From assembly GCA_965195285.1 (NCBI GenBank), contig CBDAFS010000039.1:17022-81021 (forward strand): a stretch of DNA of 64,000 nt, in the 5' to 3' direction. Shown here piece after piece: positions 41,968 to 51,596 of the stretch (positions are counted from its first letter, which is position 1; each line of letters starts with the position of its first letter). Position numbers and translations under genes: made by a program. This DNA comes from an uncultured Aminicenantes bacterium. Its GTDB lineage: Bacteria; Acidobacteriota; Aminicenantia; UBA2199. Below the pieces are notes generated by a model, which saw nothing but the letters and a program-made list of their open reading frames with translations, did not search any database and was not told the DNA's origin.

Positions 41968-42623
41968 TGCTCAACCCTGATTTCTTTTGCACCGATTTCA
42001 AATATTTTATCCCAGAGCTTTACTGCAATCTCCGTCTTGCTCATCATCGGGAGTTTTTCAATGTTCACACTGGTCATGAAATAGACCTGATTGGAATCCA
42101 CATTAAAAGCCGGGTTTTTTTCAGATATCTGGTTTAGAACCAGGAGGTCCAGCTTCTTCCGCTTAAATTTACTTCTTGCTTGGGAAAATATGTTTTCGGT
42201 CTCCGCAGCAAATCCGATCAATATTTGATTTTTTTGCTTTCGCTTTCCCGCCTCAAGAAGTATATCAGGATTTTTTTTTAGTTCCAATAGCATTTTTTCA
42301 GTCTTCTTCTTTATTTTCCGGGAACGATATCGGAGGGGCCGATAGTCACTGACTGCCGCAGCCATGATGATCACCTCAGCGTCTTTTAAATTTTCAAGTA
42401 CTTTGGATCTCATTTCCGAGGTAGTCTCTATCTGAATACACCTGCACCCTTCGGGCAGCAAATGAGTAGGTCCGGTGATAAAAACGATTTCTTCGATATT
42501 TCTCTTGATGGCTTCACTGGCGATATAAAATCCTGTTTTCCCCGATGATCGATTTGAAATATATCGAATGGGATCAATCGGCTCAATCGTTGGCCCGGAA
42601 GTTATCAGTACTTTTTTAAACAC
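41964..42623 (-). CDS. coaB: Phosphopantothenate--cysteine ligase (CoaB), separate ORF with GTG start
   Basis: VLITSGPTIEPIDPIRYISNRSSGKTG matches the CoaB dinucleotide-binding motif. Starts at a GTG that overlaps the coaC stop (GTGTTTAA). Confidence 0.75.
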   Translation of the reverse strand: MFKKVLITSGPTIEPIDPIRYISNRSSGKTGFYIASEAIKRNIEEIVFITGPTHLLPEGCRCIQIETTSEMRSKVLENLKDAEVIIMAAAVSDYRPLRYRSRKIKKKTEKMLLELKKNPDILLEAGKRKQKNQILIGFAAETENIFSQARSKFKRKKLDLLVLNQISEKNPAFNVDSNQVYFMTSVNIEKLPMMSKTEIAVKLWDKIFEIGAKEIRVEQ

Positions 42624-43146
42624 TCAGGATTCCCAGACAGAATTCGTATATTTTTTCAACTTGAGCCAGCCGGCCTCTTCCCTCTTTTGCGCAGGCCAGT
42701 GAACCCTCATCCGGGTCAATAATCTCAATGCCCCTTGAGCGGATTTTGGCCAGGTTATCTTGGACAGCAATATTATCATACATGAGAGTATTCATGGCAG
42801 GGGCAATGACGACTTTTTTATAAAATGCCAGAAAGGTAGTTGACAGCAAATCATCGGCAATACCATTGGCCATCTTCCCAATAATATTGGCAGTCGCCGG
42901 TGCCACCAGGAGCAATTCATGCTCAGTGCATATATTGATATGAAGCAAAGGATCCTGGCGTTCTCTGAATTGTTCATCATAGACTTTCCCAGGGGTAAAG
43001 GTTTCAAAAGTAAGAGGTGAAATGAATTTTTTTGCGTTTTCTGTAAGGATCACACTGACCGAATGATCATTTTTTTGAAATAACCTTAAAATTTCTACTG
43101 ATTTATATGCACTTATTGATCCGGTTACCCCGAGAATGATATTCAT
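42616..43146 (-). CDS. coaC: Phosphopantothenoylcysteine decarboxylase (CoaC flavoprotein)
   Basis: MNIILGVTGSISAYKSVEI and PAMNTLMY motifs of the HFCD flavoprotein family. Confidence 0.75.
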   Translation of the reverse strand: MNIILGVTGSISAYKSVEILRLFQKNDHSVSVILTENAKKFISPLTFETFTPGKVYDEQFRERQDPLLHINICTEHELLLVAPATANIIGKMANGIADDLLSTTFLAFYKKVVIAPAMNTLMYDNIAVQDNLAKIRSRGIEIIDPDEGSLACAKEGRGRLAQVEKIYEFCLGILSV

Positions 43147-43790
43147 TCTTGCCCCCTTATCATGTTTAAAACAAGGTCTTTTTTAAAATCCGATCTCTGA
43201 CAAAAAGCCATATAAATACAGTTCAAATCAGAAAAAGCCCTGTCTTTATCATCATTTACAACCAAAAAATCGTACATGACATACTGATCCAGCTCATCCT
43301 TGGCACGGGCCAACCGCTTTTGATTCTCTGAACTAAGGCCTTCACCATGTCTATTGATTAATCTCTTTTCCAGTTCATCCATTGAAGGAGGTACCACAAA
43401 TACATACCAGGCCCCGGGAAATCGTGATTTCAAATTCCTGGCTCCCTGAATATCGATATCCAGAATCAGAATTTCATCCCGTTTTGATTTTGCCTGAATT
43501 TCCCTCCAGCTGGTACCGTAATAATTCATATGAACCTCTGCCCACTCCAGAAACTGATCCCCGTCTATCATTTTTATGAAATCTTCCTTTGTTACAAAAT
43601 AATAATCCTTCCCCTCCTTTTCACCTTTTCTTTTGGATCTGGTGGTATGAGAAACCGAAAATAATAAACCTGGATGCTGTTTCAACAACATCCGAATTAA
43701 AGTTGATTTCCCGGAACCGGAAGGTCCGGAAATCACCATCAAATTATTATTCATTTCCTCACCCGTTTTTAACCTCACCGTATCAACCAC
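43143..43790 (-). CDS. gmk: Guanylate kinase
   Basis: ISGPSGSGKSTL P-loop. Downstream of yicC as in many bacteria. The real start may be the internal MNNNLMVISGPSG. Confidence 0.85.
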   Translation of the reverse strand: MVDTVRLKTGEEMNNNLMVISGPSGSGKSTLIRMLLKQHPGLLFSVSHTTRSKRKGEKEGKDYYFVTKEDFIKMIDGDQFLEWAEVHMNYYGTSWREIQAKSKRDEILILDIDIQGARNLKSRFPGAWYVFVVPPSMDELEKRLINRHGEGLSSENQKRLARAKDELDQYVMYDFLVVNDDKDRAFSDLNCIYMAFCQRSDFKKDLVLNMIRGQE

Positions 43791-44675
43791 TCACTCGACA
43801 TTTTGAATTTGCTGTCTTATTTTCTCAATTTCCCTTCTGATAAGCAATATGTAGTCATGAATCTTCATTGAATTGATTTTGCTGCCAATCGTATAGGTTT
43901 CCCTCTGCATCTCCTGGCAGAGAAAATCCATTTCCCGGCCTTTGGTTCTGATTTTTTTATCTTTACCCAGCTGCAACAACCTTTTGTGATGGGCCTTTAA
44001 ACGGTTGACCTCTTCAACAATGCAACTTCTCTCAGCAGCTATGGCAGCTTCCTGAGCCACTCTTTTTTCATCAATTTCAAATTCATTAAGAAATTTTAGA
44101 ATTTTTTCTTTTAGTTTTATGAAATTTTCGCTCTCCAATTTTAAGGCTTCCCTTTCAACCACTTCAATTATATCTCCAATTTTCATGAGACTGACCTGCA
44201 TATCGTTAAATATGGATTCACCCTCAGAAATCCTGCTTTGCAAAAAACCATTAAAAACCTCACGAGTGGTTTTCATGATCTTCCTGGTTTTTTTATCATC
44301 AACATCATCAAATCGATAATCAAGGTGGAAAATCATGGGAAATCTGAACATGGAATCCAGGGAAAACGTCAATTCACCTTTGTGTTTCCGTTGGATACGG
44401 GCAACCTTATCCAATATTTCTTCCAGCAAAACTTCATTGAATTGAATATCCCATTTCTTGGGATTGTATTCGAAAAAATCGAAAACGATTTCAATCTTAC
44501 CCCGACATATCTTTTGCCTGAATAGAGCCTTGATTGATTTCTCAAAATGAGGTGTGATTCCGGTTCCCCTGAAATTCAGGTCCAGGAACCTGTGGTTATA
44601 GGATTTGAATGAAATGAACATAGAGTAATCGATGCCACTGCATCTCCCCTGAGCAAACCCGGTCATACTCTTCAT
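43791..44675 (-). CDS. yicC: YicC-family stress-induced protein
   Basis: N-terminal MKSMTGFA, 294 aa, coiled-coil C-terminus. Conserved yicC-gmk arrangement. Confidence 0.75.
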   Translation of the reverse strand: MKSMTGFAQGRCSGIDYSMFISFKSYNHRFLDLNFRGTGITPHFEKSIKALFRQKICRGKIEIVFDFFEYNPKKWDIQFNEVLLEEILDKVARIQRKHKGELTFSLDSMFRFPMIFHLDYRFDDVDDKKTRKIMKTTREVFNGFLQSRISEGESIFNDMQVSLMKIGDIIEVVEREALKLESENFIKLKEKILKFLNEFEIDEKRVAQEAAIAAERSCIVEEVNRLKAHHKRLLQLGKDKKIRTKGREMDFLCQEMQRETYTIGSKINSMKIHDYILLIRREIEKIRQQIQNVE

Positions 44676-46480
44676 TTTTCCATCTTAATATCCATCTCGG
44701 GAAATTGCAAATTGTATAGTGAGTAATAGAGTCCTTTCCTTTTTAATAGCTCCTGATGATCTCCGCTTTCATTTATCTCTCCCCTATCAATGACCAGTAT
44801 TGTATCCGCTTCAATGATGGTGGATAACCGATGGGCAATAACAAAAGTTGTCCTATTTTTCATGACTTCAACCATGGCTTCGTGAATCAACTTCTCTGAT
44901 TCGGAATCCAGTGATGAGGTCGCCTCATCAAAAAACAATATGGCCGGCTTCTTTAAAATGGCACGGGCAATGGCTATTCTCTGACGCTGGCCAGTGGACA
45001 GGAATACCCCTCTTTCACCGACAATGGTATTATACTGATTGGGAAGTTTTTCAATAAATTCGGATGCTCTGGCAATCATGGCAGCTTTTCTGACTTCTTT
45101 CAAGGAATAATGAGACTTTCCATAGGCAATATTATTGACTATTGAATCATTGAAAAGAAAAACATCCTGGGTGACCAGGCCAATGGACTGTCGGAGTGAC
45201 TTCAGGCTAAAATCCCGAATATCTCTCCCATCGACCAGTATTTGGCCCGAGGACACGTCATAAAAGCGTAAAAAAAGATTCATCAGGGTCGTCTTTCCGG
45301 ATCCGCTGGACCCGACCAGAGCCAGCATCTCATTTGCCTTCACTTTGAAACTGATATTTTTTATGACCGGAGTGTTTTGATCATAGGAAAAAGAAACATC
45401 CTTGAATTCTACCTGGCCTTTTACCGATCTTACATTCTTTACACCGGGTTCATCCATAATCGGATTTTTACAGTCAATGATCTGTAAAACCCTTTCATAT
45501 CCGGCCTTCCCTTGTTGGAAATCATTATTGGCCTGGGACAGTCTTTTCATTGGATTATACATCAAAAACAGAGCAGCCAGGAAAGAGGAAAACTGCCCGG
45601 GAGACATGAAGCCTCCAGCGACTCTTTTCATTCCAATCAGAAAAATTAAGGCAGCCACAATCCCACCGATAATATTCATGATTGGGGCAGACAAGGAATA
45701 AATCAGGGCAATCTTGGAATTAATCTTGTAATGATTTGTATTCAGTTCCGAAAACTTCCGAATCTCATACGTCTCCATATTATAGGCTTTCACGATTCTA
45801 TTTCCGGTAACCGTCTCGGTTAAAAAATTCGAAAGTTCCCCGATCGCTACCTGTGATTGCATACCCCTTTTTTTTACCCTTTTACCAAAAACGACCAATA
45901 TAACAGTGGCACTTGGAATTATTATAAAAGAGAACAATGACATATACCAATCCTGATAGAAGATAACTGCGAAAAGAAACAGCAAGGTCAAGGTTTCTCT
46001 CACATATACGGCCAGGGTTTCAGAAACGGCAAATTTTATCTTCTCGATATCATTGGAGATGCGGGATACCAGATCACCGGTCTTGGATTTGGATAAAAAA
46101 TCAATTGATTGATTAATAAGATGAATATATAGCCGATCCCGGATTCCTTTGACTACCTTGAGTCCAAGCGTTTTCATGAAATAGAGAGATAAAAATGTAA
46201 AGATAGATTGCCCCAGAAAACACAGAAACAAAAGTTGAGGAAGAACAATGACCATATCCTCCGGTTTGGCATTGAAAATACGAATAATCAGGTCACGTAT
46301 ATCCCGGCTTTTTTCAGTTATATACCCGCCCCCCTGAATGAACAACTCATCCATTACCGGCCGAATGATCAGGGCAAAAAGCGCAGTGAACAGAGCCACC
46401 ATGGCCATAAAAAACAGGGCCATAAAAAATCGGAATAAATAAGGCTTAATGTTGGATAAGAGACCATTCTGTTTATTCAT
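44672..46480 (-). CDS. ABC exporter, fused permease/ATPase (MsbA-like lipid exporter)
   Basis: Six-TM domain. NBD motifs GSSGSGKTT, LSTGQRQRIAIARA, ILFFDEATSSLD. Start taken at the internal Met (MNKQNGLL) to avoid overlap with pssA. Confidence 0.75.
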   Translation of the reverse strand: MNKQNGLLSNIKPYLFRFFMALFFMAMVALFTALFALIIRPVMDELFIQGGGYITEKSRDIRDLIIRIFNAKPEDMVIVLPQLLFLCFLGQSIFTFLSLYFMKTLGLKVVKGIRDRLYIHLINQSIDFLSKSKTGDLVSRISNDIEKIKFAVSETLAVYVRETLTLLFLFAVIFYQDWYMSLFSFIIIPSATVILVVFGKRVKKRGMQSQVAIGELSNFLTETVTGNRIVKAYNMETYEIRKFSELNTNHYKINSKIALIYSLSAPIMNIIGGIVAALIFLIGMKRVAGGFMSPGQFSSFLAALFLMYNPMKRLSQANNDFQQGKAGYERVLQIIDCKNPIMDEPGVKNVRSVKGQVEFKDVSFSYDQNTPVIKNISFKVKANEMLALVGSSGSGKTTLMNLFLRFYDVSSGQILVDGRDIRDFSLKSLRQSIGLVTQDVFLFNDSIVNNIAYGKSHYSLKEVRKAAMIARASEFIEKLPNQYNTIVGERGVFLSTGQRQRIAIARAILKKPAILFFDEATSSLDSESEKLIHEAMVEVMKNRTTFVIAHRLSTIIEADTILVIDRGEINESGDHQELLKRKGLYYSLYNLQFPEMDIKMEK

Positions 46481-46538
46481 ATTTTCGGTTTCCCGAGGAT
46501 CTTTATACCAATTACTCCGACTATGAGACCTTGTGCCT

Positions 46539-47216
46539 CTATGTATCCTTTTCAACGATTGCCTTTTTCTTCCTTTTTTTGAATCGGCCGGAGATGAAAA
46601 AAAACAAGGGTGAGGTTACATACAGCAAGGTTAAAATTGGAATGGTAAATGAAGGGTACTTTATTGAAAAGGAAATAACCGCTGCCAGGATAAACAACGC
46701 CAACAGGCTGTGTTTGGGTTTGATTTCTTTCAGGGTTCGATAGCGAATATTGGAAATCATCAGGAAAGCAATAAGCAGTACATAAACCACAAACAATATG
46801 GCATGATTTTTTTGTTGAAGGGGGATTTCCACCATCAATACAATAGATACCACTGCCATTGCAGCCAATGGTATGGGCAAGCCGATAAAGATATTGGTGG
46901 GAAAAGCCTTGGCTTCATGGTAAACATTGTACCGGGCCAGCCGTATTACCCCGGCGCTTAAGAATATGAAACCAATGATCTGGCCGAACTGGAAATTCAA
47001 GGTTTGAAACCCCCATTGATAAATCAGAATACCGGGAACCAGACCGAATGTAACTGCATCGACCAGAGAATCGAATTGCATACCAAAACTGGATTCTGTC
47101 TTGGTTAAACGGGCAATGGTACCATCAAACCCATCCATCACAACACCAATTATAACCAGATATGATGCGGTAATATAATTGTTTTTGAATATTTGAACTA
47201 CAGCCAGATAACCCAT
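46539..47216 (-). CDS. pssA: CDP-diacylglycerol--serine O-phosphatidyltransferase
   Basis: CDP-alcohol phosphatidyltransferase motif DGFDGTIARLT...FDSLVD. Followed by psd. Confidence 0.75.
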   Translation of the reverse strand: MGYLAVVQIFKNNYITASYLVIIGVVMDGFDGTIARLTKTESSFGMQFDSLVDAVTFGLVPGILIYQWGFQTLNFQFGQIIGFIFLSAGVIRLARYNVYHEAKAFPTNIFIGLPIPLAAMAVVSIVLMVEIPLQQKNHAILFVVYVLLIAFLMISNIRYRTLKEIKPKHSLLALFILAAVISFSIKYPSFTIPILTLLYVTSPLFFFISGRFKKRKKKAIVEKDT

Positions 47217-47302
47217 AAAAAGGTTGAATGTGGTAAAAACCGAAGGCAGGAAAGAAATGTTGATGAGTTTGGAAATACTGACTTTCCGAATTCGCTTTTT
47301 TT

Positions 47303-47929
47303 TTACTCTTGGTTTTTTATCTTTCCGATTAATGTCAAGCCTCCATAGACTTTGTCACCTTTTTTTACCTGTAAAGATACCGATTTGGGAATAAACAGCT
47401 CTGCTCGGGAGCCAAACATGATGATCCCGATTTTACTGCCGGTATTTATTTTGTCTCCCTGATGCACCCACATCCTGATTCTTCTGGCAGCAATGCCCGC
47501 AATCAATTTCAGAGTATATTGGAATGATTTGGAATTAACGGTTAAATTAATCTGCTCATTGAGTTCAGAGGCCTTATCCCGATAGGCGGGCAGGAATTCT
47601 CCTTTAAAATATTCCATTTTTTCCATCTGCCCCTTGTAGGGAAGACGGGTAACATGAACGTTAAATATTGAAAGAAAAACAACAAGACGATTGGAATCGG
47701 TTTCAGAGACAATATCCAGAATGGTACCGTCTACCGGGGAAACCCATTCATGGTCCCGGGCAACTATTTTACGTGGTGGATCTCTGAAAAAAAAAGCAAA
47801 ATAGGCAGTAAAAATGTACAAGATTACGGCAAATATATATGACAGAACCGGGATCTTCAATAATAAAAAAATCAGCCCCAGCAAAAAGGGAATGACCACA
47901 AAAGGGATACCTTCTTTTGCCATGATCAC
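47303..47929 (-). CDS. psd: Phosphatidylserine decarboxylase-related protein (archaeal-type small PSD)
   Basis: 208 aa, N-terminal TM. FGSRAEL maturation-site-like motif. Adjacent to pssA. Confidence 0.6.
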   Translation of the reverse strand: MIMAKEGIPFVVIPFLLGLIFLLLKIPVLSYIFAVILYIFTAYFAFFFRDPPRKIVARDHEWVSPVDGTILDIVSETDSNRLVVFLSIFNVHVTRLPYKGQMEKMEYFKGEFLPAYRDKASELNEQINLTVNSKSFQYTLKLIAGIAARRIRMWVHQGDKINTGSKIGIIMFGSRAELFIPKSVSLQVKKGDKVYGGLTLIGKIKNQE

Positions 47930-47959
47930 CTCGAATTGTCTAAATAGTATAGAGAAATT

Positions 47960-48796
47960 TTAGCTGGGTTCATTTAAATCACCGCCATTTTCCTTCTTTT
48001 TCTGTTCTTTGTATTCACGGCAAAACTTCAGATAGGATTGCATGTTTCTATCCTTACCGATTACAGAAAGTGTTGAAGTAATACACTCGGTAATTGATTT
48101 CCCCAGTACATTTAATACTATATAATCCAGGCCTTTTTCAATGGCTAGAGAAAGAAAATAAGCATTGATCAGATACCGCTTGGGTAAACCCTCGGACAAG
48201 GTACACAGGTTGGCAATGGTCTTTACCTGTGGAAAATCCAGTTTAAACAATTCCAGGGTATTTAAAAAAGTCTTGCCATTGGAAAAATCATCTTCTAACG
48301 GCCTTACCGTGGGGTCCAATAAAATGTGACTCCTTTCAATTCCCATATCCAGTAAATAGTCAACATACCTCTGGGCAATCAGCAGTGATTTCTCGGGGTA
48401 GATATTGGCCTTTGACTGATGATCATTTATCAGGGCAATAATTTTTACCTTATCATTCTGCATGATATTGATAATGGAATCCAGTTTTTTTTTATTAAAT
48501 TCAATATCTCCGATCATCAGATCTTTCTGGGCAATCTTGGTAACTTCTATCAGGGTTTCAATTTTATTGCTTCTGACCAAAACTTTCCCACCATTCTCTT
48601 CAACCACCGGAATGACTTCCCTTAAAAAAGGGACCTCATTGTGAAGCAATGATACCGCATTAAGCTGGATGTATTCAGCCCCCATTTCAACCTGAGCAGT
48701 AATTTCCCTTTTGATGAATTCGAAATCCATCTTGTTCATCTTGTCGAGAATCTTCTTGTTACAGGAATTTAACGAATTTCCAATTATTCTAATCAT
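47960..48796 (-). CDS. Pterin-binding (DHPS-like TIM barrel) domain protein
   Basis: MIRIIGNSLNS..., EMGAEYIQLNA and DPTVRPLE resemble pterin-binding/DHPS-fold proteins. Assignment is tentative. Confidence 0.35.
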   Translation of the reverse strand: MIRIIGNSLNSCNKKILDKMNKMDFEFIKREITAQVEMGAEYIQLNAVSLLHNEVPFLREVIPVVEENGGKVLVRSNKIETLIEVTKIAQKDLMIGDIEFNKKKLDSIINIMQNDKVKIIALINDHQSKANIYPEKSLLIAQRYVDYLLDMGIERSHILLDPTVRPLEDDFSNGKTFLNTLELFKLDFPQVKTIANLCTLSEGLPKRYLINAYFLSLAIEKGLDYIVLNVLGKSITECITSTLSVIGKDRNMQSYLKFCREYKEQKKKENGGDLNEPS

Positions 48797-48821
48797 TTTT
48801 TTTCTCTGATCTGTTAATCAA

Positions 48822-49733
48822 TTATACATTGAAGAATTCTTTTAAAATGGTTATCACATCCAGACCTGCTCTTTCCTGGCCCTCGACCGTTGATGCCCCC
48901 AGGTGAGGAGCTGGAAAGACCTTCTCATGATCAATCAGTTCAAACTGGTCCGGAGGTTCTTTTTCATAGACATCAAGGGCAACAGCTTTTAATTTATCTT
49001 CCTTCAATGTTCCCAACAAAGCCTTTTCATCCACCACACCGCCCCGGGCAACATTAATTAAAACGGCATTTTGCTTCATTAAATCAAACTCCTTGGCGGA
49101 TATCAGATTTTTGGTTGATTCATTCAGGGGCAGGTGTATGGAAATGAAATCCGATTTCATCAACAACTCTTCCAGCGAAACCTGTTTGGCATTGATATCG
49201 GTTTGAATCTCCAGCATATCGCAAAACAGTACATTCATTCCCATGGCCAGTTCGCGTTTTGCAATTTCTTTTCCAATTCTTCCGAAACCAATAATGCCGG
49301 CCGTCTTTCCATAAACCTCCATACCTTTGGAAAAAAACTTCTTTTCCCATTTATGCTCTTTCATACTTTTATAAGCCGGCCCGACAAACCTGCATATTCC
49401 CAGCATCAGAGCCAATGTATATTCAGCAACCGTAATCGAAGTGGCAAAGGGGGTGTTCCGAACTTCAATTCCCTGTGACTTGGCATATTCAACATCAACA
49501 TTATCGAGACCGATACCGGCTCGAACTACTAATTTCAGATTCGATCCGTGTTCCAGTATTTCTTTCCTTAATTTGGTTGCACTCCTGATCACCACGGCAT
49601 CGAATTTTCCGATCTCTCCCTTTAACACATCAGGTGCAAGGCCTGTATTTTCAATCACTTCAAATTCCGGAATTTCCTTTAATTGTTCTATGGCTTTGGG
49701 ACTCAACTTGTCAGCCAATAATATTTTTATCAA
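48822..49733 (-). CDS. D-3-phosphoglycerate dehydrogenase-like 2-hydroxyacid dehydrogenase
   Basis: GIIGFGRIGKEIAKR NAD motif. NVARGGVVDE. HLGAST. 303 aa. Confidence 0.75.
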   Translation of the reverse strand: MIKILLADKLSPKAIEQLKEIPEFEVIENTGLAPDVLKGEIGKFDAVVIRSATKLRKEILEHGSNLKLVVRAGIGLDNVDVEYAKSQGIEVRNTPFATSITVAEYTLALMLGICRFVGPAYKSMKEHKWEKKFFSKGMEVYGKTAGIIGFGRIGKEIAKRELAMGMNVLFCDMLEIQTDINAKQVSLEELLMKSDFISIHLPLNESTKNLISAKEFDLMKQNAVLINVARGGVVDEKALLGTLKEDKLKAVALDVYEKEPPDQFELIDHEKVFPAPHLGASTVEGQERAGLDVITILKEFFNV

Positions 49734-50033
49734 TTTTTATCCTCCTGTCCATTTTTTTGAACCATTAGAAAATTTCTCTGTATAAAAGAATCATTCTGTA
49801 ATGGGAAGTGATTTTTTTAACGGTATTGAGTCCAACATCAACCCCTTTAACCATCCAGCAGAGCTCAAATCGTCTGTTTTTCATTTTTATCAAATTAGCA
49901 TCATTAGGTTATCAAAATTTTGACTTGCTGTCAAGATTTAAAGTTGACCGGGTATATCTTTTCCCTTTACCTGCACAACTTCCTGCTGTATAATAAACTG
50001 GTGACAGCCGGATAAGTTCGGTGCCCGAACGAG

Positions 50034-50447
50034 GTGATAATCATGAAAAAAGAAGCCATTGAAAAGTATTTAAACCAAATAAGAAAAAACGCCTCCTTTA
50101 TTTCACCCGGGGTTCTGGAACCACTTCCATACAACAATGAAAAAGAAAACACATGGGTTGAGATAAAAAATCCGGAATTTACTTCCCTATGCCCCAAAAG
50201 CGGCTTGCCTGATTTTGGCTGTATTACCATTAAATACCTTCCGGACCGATATATTGTGGAATTGAAATCGTTAAAATATTATTTTATTCAATTTAGAAAT
50301 ACCGGGATTTTCTATGAAAATCTGAATCAATTGATCCTCGATCACTTGGTGGAAGTGATCAAACCGATCGAAATGATCATCCACTCAGAATTCACCCCCC
50401 GGGGTGGGATCAGTACCCGGATCACCTCTACCTATAAAAATAAATAG
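50034..50447 (+). CDS. queF: NADPH-dependent 7-cyano-7-deazaguanine reductase
   Basis: EFTSLCPKSGLPDFG (catalytic Cys). QueF motif ELKSLKYYF. 137 aa. Confidence 0.85.
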   Translation: MIIMKKEAIEKYLNQIRKNASFISPGVLEPLPYNNEKENTWVEIKNPEFTSLCPKSGLPDFGCITIKYLPDRYIVELKSLKYYFIQFRNTGIFYENLNQLILDHLVEVIKPIEMIIHSEFTPRGGISTRITSTYKNK

Positions 50448-50542
50448 GCTTCAGCATTATATGAAAACAATGAACATCCCGTGATTGGTAAAAAAGTTAA
50501 ACTGGTAATATTATTAAGTTATCATGTACAGGTAAGGCCAAG

Positions 50543-51523
50543 ATGAGAGCATTGATAACCGGAGCCACCGGATTTATCGGAAGTCATTTATCCGAATGGT
50601 TATTGAAAAAAGGCTTTGAAGTCCATTGTTTGATTAGAAAAACCAGTAACCTGCGCTGGATCAGACCGCTTCAGATCCGCCTGATTGAAGCTGACTTCAG
50701 TGACAGCCAGTCTCTTAATCGGGCTGTAGCGGGTATGGATTACATATTCCATCTGGGGGCTGTTATCAACTCAAATCAGTGGGAGACCCATTTCCGTGTT
50801 AATTTCATGAATACAAAATATTTGATAGAAGCCTGTCTGCGAAACAATCTCAATTTGAAAAAATTTGTTCTGGTCTCCAGTATTGCGGCCATGGGACCGG
50901 GTGAAAAAGATAAGTTTATGATTGAAACCGATCCCTGTAAGCCCCGATCTTTATACGGTAAAAGCAAGAGACTGGCTGAAAAAATCGTTTTAAAATATAA
51001 AGATACCATTCCCACGGCCATCATCAGACCTCCCAATGTGCTGGGCCCGAGGCAAAGAGAAATATACCTGGCCGCCAAACTCATCAAAATGCGATTGGTA
51101 CCCCGTATCGGAAATGAAGACAAACAGACCAGCCTGTGTTATGTGGGCGATCTGGTCGAAGCCATACGATTGGTTGCAGAAAGAGAGGAAGCCAATGGGC
51201 AGATATATCTGGTCACCGATTCCAACACCTATGCCTGGAAGGAAATAAGCGACCAGATAGCCAAAGAACTTGGAACCGGGAAGCTATTCCTGCGAACTCC
51301 TTACTCCATTCAATATATTATTGCCTTCATTTCCGAAGCCATCTCCACCATGACCCGTTCCACTCCCATTCTAACCATACAAGATTTGAAATCATCCAGA
51401 CATTTTTACTGGTTATATGATGACTCCAAAATAAGAAGGGAATTGGGTTTTATATCAAAAACCGATATGAAACAAGCAGTCCGGAAGACCATCCAGTGGT
51501 ACCGGGACCAGAATATGATCTGA
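50543..51523 (+). CDS. NAD-dependent epimerase/dehydratase family protein (extended SDR)
   Basis: ITGATGFIGSHL Rossmann motif. YGKSK catalytic Tyr-x3-Lys. 326 aa. Confidence 0.75.
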   Translation: MRALITGATGFIGSHLSEWLLKKGFEVHCLIRKTSNLRWIRPLQIRLIEADFSDSQSLNRAVAGMDYIFHLGAVINSNQWETHFRVNFMNTKYLIEACLRNNLNLKKFVLVSSIAAMGPGEKDKFMIETDPCKPRSLYGKSKRLAEKIVLKYKDTIPTAIIRPPNVLGPRQREIYLAAKLIKMRLVPRIGNEDKQTSLCYVGDLVEAIRLVAEREEANGQIYLVTDSNTYAWKEISDQIAKELGTGKLFLRTPYSIQYIIAFISEAISTMTRSTPILTIQDLKSSRHFYWLYDDSKIRRELGFISKTDMKQAVRKTIQWYRDQNMI

Positions 51524-51596
51524 TATTCTCAGTCCAGATTGACATCCTGGATTATTTGTGTTACTTAAATTTCTATTTATTAATCAATTCGGTATC

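Noticed and set aside
49940-50033. preQ1 class I riboswitch upstream of queF
   Set aside because: The characteristic short hairpin followed by an A-rich tail (..CUAA) is not present. Only a generic hairpin next to the RBS was seen, so it is reported as a low-interest finding rather than a feature.
51533-51562. Possible intrinsic terminator after the SDR gene (tccag-N9-ctgga followed by a T-rich stretch)
   Set aside because: Only a 5-bp stem with a poor T-tract. Too weak to call.
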